Part shown: positions 10,640 to 20,107 of the stretch, piece by piece
How the letters are laid out: each line of letters begins with the position of its first letter
How positions within the stretch are numbered: the first letter of the stretch is position 1
Assembly: GCA_963783375.1 (NCBI GenBank)
Contig: CAWANH010000029.1
Coordinates: forward strand, 1,440,001-1,504,000
Reading direction: 5' to 3'
Source: Candidatus Eiseniibacteriota bacterium
Lineage (GTDB): Bacteria; Eisenbacteria; RBG-16-71-46; JABDJR01
Length of the DNA: 64,000 nucleotides
Notes under the pieces: model-generated
What the model was told of the DNA's origin: nothing
Databases searched by the model: none
What the model saw: only the letters and a program-made list of their open reading frames with translations
Position numbers and translations under genes: made by a program

Positions 10640-11239
10640 ATGGCCCGGAAACGCGGTCCCCATATCGAGATCGTGCAGCGTCTGGATCAGATCCAGACCC
10701 TTGCCTCGGGGGTACGCCAGGAGATCATGGACGCGCTCCAGGCCTCCGGCCCCCTCACCGTGCGCCAGCTCGCCCGCCTGCTCGACCGTCCGGCCGATTC
10801 CCTCTATTACCACCTCAGGAGGCTCATCGCCGTGGACCTCGTGAGGGAGGAAAAGTCACGAGGCTCGAAGGACGGGGGCGAGGCTCGCTTCGAACTCCCC
10901 TTCAGTCTCTGGCAATTACGCTATGATGTAAGAGATCCGGAATCAATGAGCGCGATGGCCCGGGTCGTCTCGACCCTCCTCCGGGTCACGGATCGCGATT
11001 ACCGCCGCGCCCTGGCCTTCGAGGAGATCGTGCCCCACGGTCCCAATCGGAACGTGTGGGGGGGCCGGAGCATCGGCTGGGTGACCGAGGACGACCTGGT
11101 GGCCATCAACGGCAAGATCATGGAGATCCTGGAGATCCTCAAGCAGAACAGGCAACCCAAGGACGGCCGGCTGATCGGCTTCACCCACGCCATCACGCTT
11201 CTCCACCCCGGCCCGGACGGCGGCCGCGAAACCGACTAG
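10640..11239 (+). CDS. ArsR-like winged-helix transcriptional regulator
   Basis: LASGVRQEIMDAL...TVRQLARLLDRPADSLYYHLRRL; start at MARKRG after GAGGA. Confidence 0.75.
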   Translation: MARKRGPHIEIVQRLDQIQTLASGVRQEIMDALQASGPLTVRQLARLLDRPADSLYYHLRRLIAVDLVREEKSRGSKDGGEARFELPFSLWQLRYDVRDPESMSAMARVVSTLLRVTDRDYRRALAFEEIVPHGPNRNVWGGRSIGWVTEDDLVAINGKIMEILEILKQNRQPKDGRLIGFTHAITLLHPGPDGGRETD

Positions 11240-11283
11240 CCTCAGCCGCGCTCTGGACCCAAGCGGTCGCCCGGACCCGCCTC

Positions 11284-12420
11284 CTACTTCATCACCGACA
11301 GCAGGAAGCCCGCCACCACCGCGGTTCCGATCACCCCGGCCACATTGGGTCCCATGGCGTGCATGAGCAGGTGGTTCTGGGGATCCTCCTCGAGGCCCAC
11401 CTTCTGAACCACCCGCGAAGACATGGGGACCGCGGAAACTCCCGCCGCGCCGATGAGGGGATTGATGCGGCCTCGGGAGAGCAGGCAGAAGAGACGGCCG
11501 AGGAGTACGCCCCCCGCGGTCGCCACCGCGAAGGCGACCGCCCCCATGACCAGGATCTCGATCGAGCTCCAGCGAAGGAAGCTGTCCGCGGTCATGGTCA
11601 CCCCCACCGAGGAGCCGAGAAGGATGGTGACGATGTTGATGAGCTCGTTCTGGGCGGTCGCGGCCAGGCGGGAGGTCACCCCACTTTCCCGGAGCAGGTT
11701 CCCGAACATGAGCATGCCGAGGAGGGGAGCCGCGGGAGGCACGATGAGGGTGCCCACCACCAGAACCGCGATCGGGAAGATGATCTTCTCCCGGCGGGAG
11801 ACGATGCGCATGGTCCCCATGTTGATCCGCCGTTCGCGACGGGGAACCAGGAGCCGCATGATCGGGGGCTGGATCACCGGCACCAGCGCCATGTAGGAAT
11901 AGCTGGCCACCGCGATGGGGCCCAGGAGCTGGGGCGCGAGCTTGGTGGCCAGGAAGATCGAGGTCGGGCCGTCGGCCCCGCCGATGATTCCGATCGACGC
12001 CGCCTCGCCCGGGGTGAACCCGAGGGCCATGGCGCCGAGAAGTGCGGTGAAAACCCCGATCTGGGCGGCGGCTCCCAGGAGGAAGGTGGTGGGCCGGGCC
12101 AGCAGAGGGCCGAAGTCGGTCATCGCACCCACCCCGAGGAAGATCAGCGGCGGGAAGATCTCGAGGTGAATGCCCTGTCCGAGGTAGTGATAGAGGCCGC
12201 CGATGGAGTCGGAGGTCGGCGGGGCCAGGATGCCGCCCAGGGGGAGGTTGGTCAGGATGGCCCCGAAACCGATGGGGACCAGGAGCAGGGGTTCGAAGTC
12301 CTTGGCCACCGCCAGGTAGATCAGGAGAGCCCCCACCGCGATCATCAGCACCGCTCCCGGGGTGAGCCCCTGGAAGCCGGTTTCCAACGCGAATCGGGAG
12401 AGTATCTGGAATAGGTCCAC
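11284..12420 (-). CDS. mmdB: Na+-translocating decarboxylase beta subunit
   Basis: FEPLLLVPIGFGAILTN, IGIIGGADGPTSI, IGAAGVSAVPMSSRV, HAMGPNVAGVIG. Confidence 0.93.
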   Translation of the reverse strand: MDLFQILSRFALETGFQGLTPGAVLMIAVGALLIYLAVAKDFEPLLLVPIGFGAILTNLPLGGILAPPTSDSIGGLYHYLGQGIHLEIFPPLIFLGVGAMTDFGPLLARPTTFLLGAAAQIGVFTALLGAMALGFTPGEAASIGIIGGADGPTSIFLATKLAPQLLGPIAVASYSYMALVPVIQPPIMRLLVPRRERRINMGTMRIVSRREKIIFPIAVLVVGTLIVPPAAPLLGMLMFGNLLRESGVTSRLAATAQNELINIVTILLGSSVGVTMTADSFLRWSSIEILVMGAVAFAVATAGGVLLGRLFCLLSRGRINPLIGAAGVSAVPMSSRVVQKVGLEEDPQNHLLMHAMGPNVAGVIGTAVVAGFLLSVMK

Positions 12421-12443
12421 CGCCCCGCTCTTCCCTCCGATGG

Positions 12444-12839
12444 CTAATCGAAAGTGACCAGCACCTGACCCTGCTGGACCGTGGCTCCCACCTCGATCCG
12501 CACCGAACGGACTCTCCCTCCGGAGGGGGAGGCGATGTCGCTGTTCATCTTCATCGCCTCCAGCACCAGAAGGACGTCGTTGGCCTTCACCGTGTCCCCG
12601 GGTTTGACGTTCACTTTCTTGACCGTCCCCGCCATCGGACTCACCACCGTCTTCCGATCCACCCGCTCCCCCGGTCCGGGGGCCGGGGGGGGAGTCCGGG
12701 GGAGGACGCTCTGGGCGGAGCTGACCAGTTCCCGCCGTTCCAGGCGATTGGCCGGAGACGGGTTGGCCTCGTCATCCTCCAGAAGCTCCACCTCCACCTC
12801 GTAGCCCACTCCATTCACCGTCACCCTGAACCGCTTCAT
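12444..12839 (-). CDS. mmdC: Biotin carboxyl carrier subunit
   Basis: MKRFRVTVNGVGYEVEVE, Pro-rich linker, LEAMKM biotinylation motif. Confidence 0.9.
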   Translation of the reverse strand: MKRFRVTVNGVGYEVEVELLEDDEANPSPANRLERRELVSSAQSVLPRTPPPAPGPGERVDRKTVVSPMAGTVKKVNVKPGDTVKANDVLLVLEAMKMNSDIASPSGGRVRSVRIEVGATVQQGQVLVTFD

Positions 12840-13177
12840 GGTTCCCTCCGCACCACCGCGTGTGACGCCATGACCTGGAGCCTCCCCATTCGGCTCCAGG
12901 ATCCCTCCCGGCCCCGCAGGTACCGCACGGTGCGGACCCGGGCCGGGGAGCCCGCGGCGACTTCCACCGCCGCGGCGATCACCGCCACGGTCTCCGGGGA
13001 GATTCCGTCGGGCTCGTCCCCCGCGCGGCGGTCGGCCTCGGCCTGGAATCGTCGCTGGGTGAGGGTCCGCCGCCATCGCTCGGCCCGCCCGATGGCCCCC
13101 ATGACCAGGGCGAGGAGGCTCAGGGAGGCGAAGGTCACCACCAACCCGAGCAGCGCGATGAGAAGTCCCTGTCTCAA
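12836..13177 (-). CDS. OadG/MmdD-like membrane anchor subunit
   Basis: N-terminal TM helix, ETVAVIAAAV, WSRMGR; position within the decarboxylase operon. Confidence 0.8.
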   Translation of the reverse strand: MRQGLLIALLGLVVTFASLSLLALVMGAIGRAERWRRTLTQRRFQAEADRRAGDEPDGISPETVAVIAAAVEVAAGSPARVRTVRYLRGREGSWSRMGRLQVMASHAVVRREP

Positions 13178-13194
13178 TCATTCCCCCTCAGGGT

Positions 13195-14745
13195 TCAGAG
13201 CGGCATGGTCCCGTGCTTCTTCGGCGGCCGGAGTTCCCGCTTGTTGCGGAGCGTCTCCAGAGCGAAGGACACGTACTCCCGAGTATCCCGTGGCTCGATC
13301 ACGTTGTCTATGTGCATCCGGGCCGCGGCAAGGTAGGGCGACGCAAAGCGCTCCCGGTATTCCTCGATCCGGTCCGCCTTCAGAGCGGCGGGGTCCGCGG
13401 AGGCCGCGATCTCCCGTCCGTAGATGATCTGCACCGCGCCTTCGGCTCCCATCACCCCGATCTCCGCGGTCGGCCAGGCGAAGACGCGGTCCGCCCCCAT
13501 GCTCTTCGCGCACATGGCCAGGAACGACCCGCCGTAGGCCTTCCGGGTCACCAGGGTGATCTTGGGGACGGTGGCCGCGGCATAGGCGAAGAGCATCTTG
13601 GCCCCGTGCCGGATGATGCCGCCGTACTCCTGCTTCACGCCGGGCATGAAACCGGGCACGTCCACGAAATTCAGAAGCGGAATGTTGAAGGCGTTGCAGA
13701 AGCGGATGAACCGGGCCGCCTTGACGCTGGCGTTGATGTCGAGGGCCCCGCTCATGATCATGGGTTGGTTGGCCACCACCCCCACCGTCCTTCCCTGAAT
13801 CCGGGCGAAACCCACCACGATGTTGGGGGCGAAGTGTTCGTGCACTTCCAGGAAGTCCCCGTCATCCACCACGCGTAGAATGATCGAGCGCACGTCGTAG
13901 GGCTGGCGCGGGTCATCGGGGATGAGGGAGTCCAGGGCGGGATCGCTCTCGTACACCAGCGTCCCTTCCGGCGGACCGGGGGGATCGAGGGTGTTGTTTC
14001 CGGGAAGGAAGGAGAGGAGCCGGCGCACCAGCCGGACCGCGTCCTCCTCGTCCTCGGCCAGGAAGTGGGCCACCCCGCTGAGCGAGGTCTGCACTTCGGC
14101 CCCTCCCAGGTCCTCGGCGGTCACCTCCTCGCCCGTCACCTCCTTGATCACATCGGGGCCGGTGATGAAGAGTCGGGAGATCCCCTTGACCATGATGATG
14201 AAGTCGGTGATGGCCGGAGAGTATGCCGCTCCCCCGGCGCAGGGTCCCACGATCACCGAGATCTGGGGGACCACGCCCGAGAGCAGGGTATTCCGGTAGA
14301 AGATCCCCCCGTAGCCGGCGAGGGCATCCACCCCCTCCTGGATCCGCGCCCCTCCCGAATCGTTGAACAGCACCACCGGCGCCCCACAGAGAAGCGCCTG
14401 GTCCAGGACACGGCAGATCTTCTCGGCGTGGATCTCGCCGGCGGTGCCGCCGGCCACGGTGAAGTCCTGGCTGGATACGAAGATCAGCTGGCCGTCCACC
14501 GCACCCGCGCCGCCGACCACCCCGTCGGCGGGCATTTCCCTGCCGGCCATGCCGAGATCGACCGCCCGATGGCGGGCGAAGGCGTAGAGTTCCTGGAAGG
14601 TGTCGCGATCGAGGAGAGCCCGGATCCGCTCCCGGGCGGTCCATTTCCCCGCCTGACGTTGCTTGGCCACGCGGTCGGGGCCGCCCATGGCCTCGACCCG
14701 GGCACGCTCATGACCGAGTCTTTCGATCTTCTCCCGTGTCTTCAT
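13195..14745 (-). CDS. mmdA: Carboxyltransferase (methylmalonyl-CoA decarboxylase alpha / PccB family)
   Basis: GKWTARERI, QDFTVAGG, DSGGARIQEG, GPCAGGAAYSPA, DVPGFMPG, RKAYGG, KKHGTMPL. Confidence 0.9.
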   Translation of the reverse strand: MKTREKIERLGHERARVEAMGGPDRVAKQRQAGKWTARERIRALLDRDTFQELYAFARHRAVDLGMAGREMPADGVVGGAGAVDGQLIFVSSQDFTVAGGTAGEIHAEKICRVLDQALLCGAPVVLFNDSGGARIQEGVDALAGYGGIFYRNTLLSGVVPQISVIVGPCAGGAAYSPAITDFIIMVKGISRLFITGPDVIKEVTGEEVTAEDLGGAEVQTSLSGVAHFLAEDEEDAVRLVRRLLSFLPGNNTLDPPGPPEGTLVYESDPALDSLIPDDPRQPYDVRSIILRVVDDGDFLEVHEHFAPNIVVGFARIQGRTVGVVANQPMIMSGALDINASVKAARFIRFCNAFNIPLLNFVDVPGFMPGVKQEYGGIIRHGAKMLFAYAAATVPKITLVTRKAYGGSFLAMCAKSMGADRVFAWPTAEIGVMGAEGAVQIIYGREIAASADPAALKADRIEEYRERFASPYLAAARMHIDNVIEPRDTREYVSFALETLRNKRELRPPKKHGTMPL

Positions 14746-14977
14746 CCGTCGCCCTCCTCGGGGCCGGGATAAATCCGCGCCCCAGTTCCAGCCCACCATC
14801 TTAGGCCGGGGATGGTAGCGGGGGGAACACCCAGGAATCCTGACCATTTTTGTATTCTATGATTTCCGGTGAGGCCGCGGGATTCTTATTGCGATTGATT
14901 TCGTCCGCTTGTTGTCGACCCATCGCTTCGGTATAGTGCCGGTTGCGAGTTTGCGAACTCTTTCTCTCCGGAGAACC

Positions 14978-15454
14978 ATGGAAGATCGATCCGTCTCGCT
15001 CCCCCCATCGGGTCGCCGCCGTTTCCTGGGATGGCTCCTGGGCACGTCCGGCGCGGCGTTGCTCTTCTCCGCGCTCTATCCCGTCCTCCGGTTCATCAGT
15101 CCTCCCCGCGTTCCCGAAGCGAGCACCAACCAGGTGGAGGCGGGTCCGGTCAACGACCCCGAGCTCATCCAGAAGGGGTACAAGATCATCCACTTCGGGA
15201 ACGACCCGGTCATCCTCATACGCGCCGCCGAGAATCACTTCGTGGCCCTCTCGGCCACCTGCACGCACCTGGATTGCATCGTGGAGTTTCAGAAGAACCG
15301 GGACCGGATCTACTGCAATTGCCACGGCGGGGTCTACGATCTCTCGGGACGCAACGTGGCCGGCCCTCCCCCCCGACCTCTCACTCCGTTCAAGGTCGAT
15401 GTCGTGGCCGCCCAGAGCGGCCAGCCCGCGACCATCATCGTTTCCCGGGCATAA
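14978..15454 (+). CDS. qcrA: Rieske 2Fe-2S subunit of a Rieske/cytochrome b complex
   Basis: Tat signal SGRRRFLG + TM helix; CTHLDC and CNCHGG boxes; GPPPRPL. Confidence 0.92.
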   Translation: MEDRSVSLPPSGRRRFLGWLLGTSGAALLFSALYPVLRFISPPRVPEASTNQVEAGPVNDPELIQKGYKIIHFGNDPVILIRAAENHFVALSATCTHLDCIVEFQKNRDRIYCNCHGGVYDLSGRNVAGPPPRPLTPFKVDVVAAQSGQPATIIVSRA

Positions 15455-15457
15455 AAC

Positions 15458-16615
15458 ATGGCGCGCGAATCCCTCTTCCGATGGCTTGACCGCCGCCTCC
15501 ACGTCTCCTTCCTCGTCGACGCGGGCTCCCACAAGACCGTCCCCCTCCATCGCTACACCGTCTTCTACTACCTGGGTGGCATGACGCTGTTCTTCTTCAT
15601 CGTCCAGGCGGTGACCGGCGTGCTCCTCATGCTCTACTATCGCCCTTCGGCCGGGGAGGCGTTCGAGTCGGTCGAGTTCATCATGACCACCGTTCCCTTC
15701 GGCTGGCTCCTGCGGTCCATCCATTCCTGGTCGGCCAATCTTCTCGTCTTCTTCGCCTTCCTGCACATGGCCACCGTCTTCATCATGAAGGGCTACCGCC
15801 CGCCGCGGGAACTCACCTGGATCACCGGTTGCGTGGTCTTCTTCCTGGTCATGGCCTTCGGGTTCTCCGGCTATCTCCTTCCCTGGAACCAACTTGCATT
15901 CTTCGCGACCAAGGTGGGCACCGACATCGCGGGATCGGTTCCGGTGGTCGGGGAGTGGCTGCTGCGGTTCCTCCGCGGCGGCGATCGCGTGACCGGAGGA
16001 ACCCTCTCGCGGTTCTACGGCTGGCACGTGGCCATCCTGCCGTCGATCACCCTGCTCCTCCTGGGGCTCCATCTTCTCCTCGTCCAGATCCACGGCATGA
16101 GCGAGCCCGAGGCGGTCCGGCGGCGCGAGGTGAAGTCTCCCGGCATGAAGTTCTTTCCCCATTTCGCCCTCCGCGATCTCTTCGGGTGGACGGTGGCCCT
16201 GGGCGTGCTGGCCGCCCTGGCCGCGTTGTTCCCGTGGGAGCTCGGCGAGAAGGCCAACCCCTTCGCCCCGGCCTACCCGAACATCCGGCCCGAGTGGTAC
16301 TTCATGTTCATGTTCCAGACCCTGAAGCTCGTCCCGGGGGGCGAGATCGCGGGGATCGAGTACGAGGCGTTTCCCATTCTCCTGTTCGGGCTGGGGGGGG
16401 TGGTCCTGCTCCTTCTCCCCCTCTTCGACACCGGCGCCAAGCGGGTACGAACCCTCTTCACGAACGCTCTCGGCGGAGCGGCCCTGGCCTACGCGGTGGG
16501 GATGACGGTGTGGGGCTATCGATCCGCGGTGCCTCTGCTCCTGGTGGCCGCGGTCGCGGCGCTCCTCGTTTTGACGGCGTGGCTCACGCGCGGCACGCGG
16601 AGGTCACCATCGTGA
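15458..16615 (+). CDS. qcrB: Cytochrome b (b6-like N-terminal part fused to a subunit IV-like part)
   Basis: FYYLGG, RSIHSWSAN, LHM, FSGYLLPW, RFYGWH, LHL, IRPEWYF. Confidence 0.93.
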   Translation: MARESLFRWLDRRLHVSFLVDAGSHKTVPLHRYTVFYYLGGMTLFFFIVQAVTGVLLMLYYRPSAGEAFESVEFIMTTVPFGWLLRSIHSWSANLLVFFAFLHMATVFIMKGYRPPRELTWITGCVVFFLVMAFGFSGYLLPWNQLAFFATKVGTDIAGSVPVVGEWLLRFLRGGDRVTGGTLSRFYGWHVAILPSITLLLLGLHLLLVQIHGMSEPEAVRRREVKSPGMKFFPHFALRDLFGWTVALGVLAALAALFPWELGEKANPFAPAYPNIRPEWYFMFMFQTLKLVPGGEIAGIEYEAFPILLFGLGGVVLLLLPLFDTGAKRVRTLFTNALGGAALAYAVGMTVWGYRSAVPLLLVAAVAALLVLTAWLTRGTRRSPS

Positions 16616-18348
16616 TCGGGCTCTTGAACCTCATGCTCCCGCTTCTTCTCGCCGCGGATCCGGCGGCGATCGCGCCTTCGCAATCGCCACAGGCTCCGCA
16701 GACCCCGCAGACCTCCTGCACCACGTGCCACATGAGCCCCGACCTGTTCGACGCCGAGAGCCTGAAGGAGTGGGAGGGGATCGACCGGGACGTGCACCAT
16801 CAGGCCGGGCTCTCCTGCCAGGACTGCCACGGCGGCAACCCGGATCCCGCGTTGAGCGAGGATGCCGAAGCGGCCATGGACCCGAACTTCACCGCCAACC
16901 CCTTCCGGGGGGCCCCGCTCCGGACGGCGATCCCCGCGTTTTGCGGCCGGTGCCATTCCGATCCCGTCTACATGAAGCGTTTCCGTCCCGACCCGCGGAT
17001 CGACCAGGAGCAGGAGTACTGGACGAGCCGCCACGGCAAGGCCTTGCGCACCGGGGATATCAACGTGGCCACCTGCATCGACTGCCACGGCACCCACCGG
17101 ATCCTCCCCCCGGACAACCCCGAGGCCCCGGTGTACCCGACCCACGTGGCCGAAACCTGCGGCCGGTGCCACTCGGATCCCGAGCACATGAAGGGGTATC
17201 GGCTGGACGACGGGCGGCCCCTCCCGGTGGACCAGTACGCCCGTTGGTCACGGAGCGTTCACGCCAACGCCCTCCTGGTGAAGGGGGATCTCACCGCCCC
17301 CACCTGCAACGACTGCCACGGCAACCACGGCGCGACTCCTCCGGGGGTCAAGGAGGTAGCGTTGGTCTGCGGCCAGTGCCACGGCCGCGAAGCGAACCTC
17401 TTCCGGGCGAGCCCCAAGCAGGTGGGATTCCAGAACCACAACGATTTCCTGGCCGAGGCCGGGGACGAGGGTTGCGCCTCGTGTCACGACGCCGACCAAC
17501 CGCCGGGCACGATGACGGGGATTCAGCGCTTCTACGGGTGCGTGGTTTGCCACGAGAACCACGGCGTCGTCCGCCCGACCATCGCCCTCCTGAGCCCGCT
17601 CCCCGACACTCCCTGCGCGCTCTGCCACGAGGGTCCCGAGCCGGCGGGCACTACGGGGGAGCCGGAGAAGGTCAAGCAGCACTTCCGCGAGGTGCGGGAT
17701 GCCCTGCTGGCCAAGACGGTGGGGATGGCCCCCGAAGACCGGTTCGATTGGCTGGTCGACCAGGCGCTGGTCCTCGATACCCACACGCTCCCCGGCGGGG
17801 AAGGCGAGGCTCCCGCCCTCCGGCCCGAGTTTGCGCGCCTCTTCGAGCGGTTCCGTATCGGCAAGACCCACTACACCTTCGTGGATCCGGAAACCGGGAC
17901 CGAGGTCAAAGCCCGCGTTCGCCGGTGCGGCGATTGCCATGCCGCGCCCCCGGATTCGGAGCCTCCGGAAGGCGGCTTCGCCGTCTCCCAGGAGTATCTG
18001 GACGACATGCATGCGCTTACCTTGCAGATCGCCCGGGCCGAGCGGAGCTTCCTCGCCGCCCAGCGCGGCGGCGTCGAGGTCCGGGAGGCGCTTACCTCGC
18101 TCGATAGCGCGGTGGACAGCCAAATCCAGCTCGAGGTGCTCGTCCACGGATTCTCCACCAGCCAGGATGGAGCCTTCGTCGCCAAGCAGAAGGAGGGCAT
18201 GGCCCACGCCCAGGCGGCCGCGGTCACCGCTCAGCGCGCGCTCGAGGAGCTGACGAACCGCCGTCGCGGTCTCAGCATCTCCCTCATCTTCATCCTCATC
18301 TTCCTCACCGCCCTCGGCCTCAAGATCCGAGATCTCTCCCGACCCTGA
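16612..18348 (+). CDS. 11-heme c-type cytochrome with C-terminal membrane anchor
   Basis: GTG overlaps the cytochrome b stop; signal peptide; 11 CxxCH counted; C-terminal TM GLSISLIFILIFLTALGL. Confidence 0.9.
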   Translation: MIGLLNLMLPLLLAADPAAIAPSQSPQAPQTPQTSCTTCHMSPDLFDAESLKEWEGIDRDVHHQAGLSCQDCHGGNPDPALSEDAEAAMDPNFTANPFRGAPLRTAIPAFCGRCHSDPVYMKRFRPDPRIDQEQEYWTSRHGKALRTGDINVATCIDCHGTHRILPPDNPEAPVYPTHVAETCGRCHSDPEHMKGYRLDDGRPLPVDQYARWSRSVHANALLVKGDLTAPTCNDCHGNHGATPPGVKEVALVCGQCHGREANLFRASPKQVGFQNHNDFLAEAGDEGCASCHDADQPPGTMTGIQRFYGCVVCHENHGVVRPTIALLSPLPDTPCALCHEGPEPAGTTGEPEKVKQHFREVRDALLAKTVGMAPEDRFDWLVDQALVLDTHTLPGGEGEAPALRPEFARLFERFRIGKTHYTFVDPETGTEVKARVRRCGDCHAAPPDSEPPEGGFAVSQEYLDDMHALTLQIARAERSFLAAQRGGVEVREALTSLDSAVDSQIQLEVLVHGFSTSQDGAFVAKQKEGMAHAQAAAVTAQRALEELTNRRRGLSISLIFILIFLTALGLKIRDLSRP

Positions 18349-19096
18349 TCCAACCGGCGGGCGGGAGGATCGTCGGAGACGGACGGCGGCCATCATGGGC
18401 ACCGACCGTCCGCCAGGGACCCACCCCTGCGCTTTCCTATCCCCGCTTCGACCTGCGGGGGGGTGGACTTCCATCTCCAGGTCCCCGCCCATACCGGGCG
18501 CGACGCGGTCCGGCGGGACACGGGACGGGATTCCCGGGAAGGGACACGAGCCCGGCCCGTTCCTGAAGTCGTGTCGTGAGGGGAGCCGATGACCGTCGGA
18601 CCGGGCACCGGAGCGTCCGACGACGCAGGCGTACCCGGTGCGGTACGTCGAGGAGGCGGACCGCGAGGACGCCCGAGCCGCCGATCAGATGCCCGCCGGA
18701 CCAGCCGGTTGGTGAATGGGCCGGACCGGAAGTGAACCCCGGGAGATTCCTGCGCCTACCCGGGCACCGCCGGTGGATCCGGATTGCCGGCTTCACCTTG
18801 AGACACCCCACTGTGCCGACAACGATGGACTCAGGTGGAAGCTTCAGACCCATGTGGACACGGGTCGGCGAGGCGCGCCCCTTCAAGTCTCGCCGCCGGA
18901 GACGGCAGTCTCTCGATGGAATAAACGGGCGGGCGCCCATCCGGACGCCCGCCCGACTTCCAGAGACCTATCGTCGCAATGGAACCCTACCGGCTCGGCT
19001 CGGTCCGGTCGACCGTGGACCGAGCCTCCCTCCCTCCGGCGACCGCCGGGCCCCGTTCAGGAACGGCCGCCCGGGCCCCGAGGGGAGGTTGGGAGC

Positions 19097-20074
19097 CTAG
19101 TGCACCGCGGCGGCGCTTGCCCCCATCCTCGAGAGACCCTCCTCGAGCAACGCCTTCGCGTAGTCGGGGTTGTGAACGCCCATGCTCTTGTCCTCGTGCA
19201 TGACGTAGAGCCAGTTGTAGAGCGCAATCCCCTGATCCTCGGGGGCCTCCGAGACGGTCGGATGCCCGTCCTCCGAGTTCTCGTTGATGAGGCCGGCGTT
19301 CACCAGCAACGCTCCGAGCTGGCTCCCCAGGTCCTCGATCTCGGTCTGCACGCCCTTGTAGTCGAAGCTCGTGGCCTCGGGGTGACAGCGCTGGCAGGTG
19401 GCCAGGGCGGGCTCGAAGTGGTGGTCATTGGTATCACCCATGTGACAATCGACGCAGGTGTTCGTCACCGCTCCGTAGTGCGGGCTCACGGTCCCCGTTA
19501 CACCGGCGCCGGCGACGCCGAGCAGCATGGCGCTCTGCGGACCGTGGTGCGGGCCCCAGTGGGAGCTGATACCGGTGATCACGCCGTTTTCCGCCACCGG
19601 GAAATCGCGACGCGGCTGGTGACAGTTGGCGCACAGGTTCCCCTCCCCGCCGTCGAAGGTCGCACCTTCGATGGAGGCGAGGTGAACCGGTTGCGCGGTT
19701 CTCAGCGAGAAGTCCGCCATCGAGTAGGTCTCGTGGATCATGTGACAGGCGCGGCAGTCCTGGCGCGTCGGGTCCGGCTGGCCCATCTCCACCTCGGTCG
19801 GGTTCTCCCCCGCCGCCACCATCTCCTGGAAGCCGTTCCCGGAGTGGCACCCGGCGCAACTTGCGCTGCTCGACCGCACGTAGGCCGTTCCGGTGCCGTG
19901 CACGGACTCCGCCCACTCGGTTTGCTTCCCGGTGATGATGCTGCTGGCGTTGTGGCAATCCGCGCAGGACAGCGGCTTGGTCGACTCGACGCGGGTGATG
20001 GTGCGATCACACGACTGGGCGCCGATCAGCACCGCGACTGCCCCGAGTGCTAGGATGGTTTTTGCGACGGACAT
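19097..20074 (-). CDS. Hexaheme c-type cytochrome lipoprotein (c552/OmcB-like helical C-terminus)
   Basis: Lipobox-like GAQSC; 6 CxxCH; WGPHHGPQ and GVHNPDYAKALL. Confidence 0.85.
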   Translation of the reverse strand: MSVAKTILALGAVAVLIGAQSCDRTITRVESTKPLSCADCHNASSIITGKQTEWAESVHGTGTAYVRSSSASCAGCHSGNGFQEMVAAGENPTEVEMGQPDPTRQDCRACHMIHETYSMADFSLRTAQPVHLASIEGATFDGGEGNLCANCHQPRRDFPVAENGVITGISSHWGPHHGPQSAMLLGVAGAGVTGTVSPHYGAVTNTCVDCHMGDTNDHHFEPALATCQRCHPEATSFDYKGVQTEIEDLGSQLGALLVNAGLINENSEDGHPTVSEAPEDQGIALYNWLYVMHEDKSMGVHNPDYAKALLEEGLSRMGASAAAVH

Positions 20075-20107
20075 CTAGGCCTCCTTCTTTTCCTTTTCTG
20101 CTTGCGC

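Noticed and set aside
19097-20074. Hexaheme lipoprotein as a catalytic NrfA nitrite reductase
   Set aside because: No CxxCK active-site motif; its context is a porin-cytochrome operon
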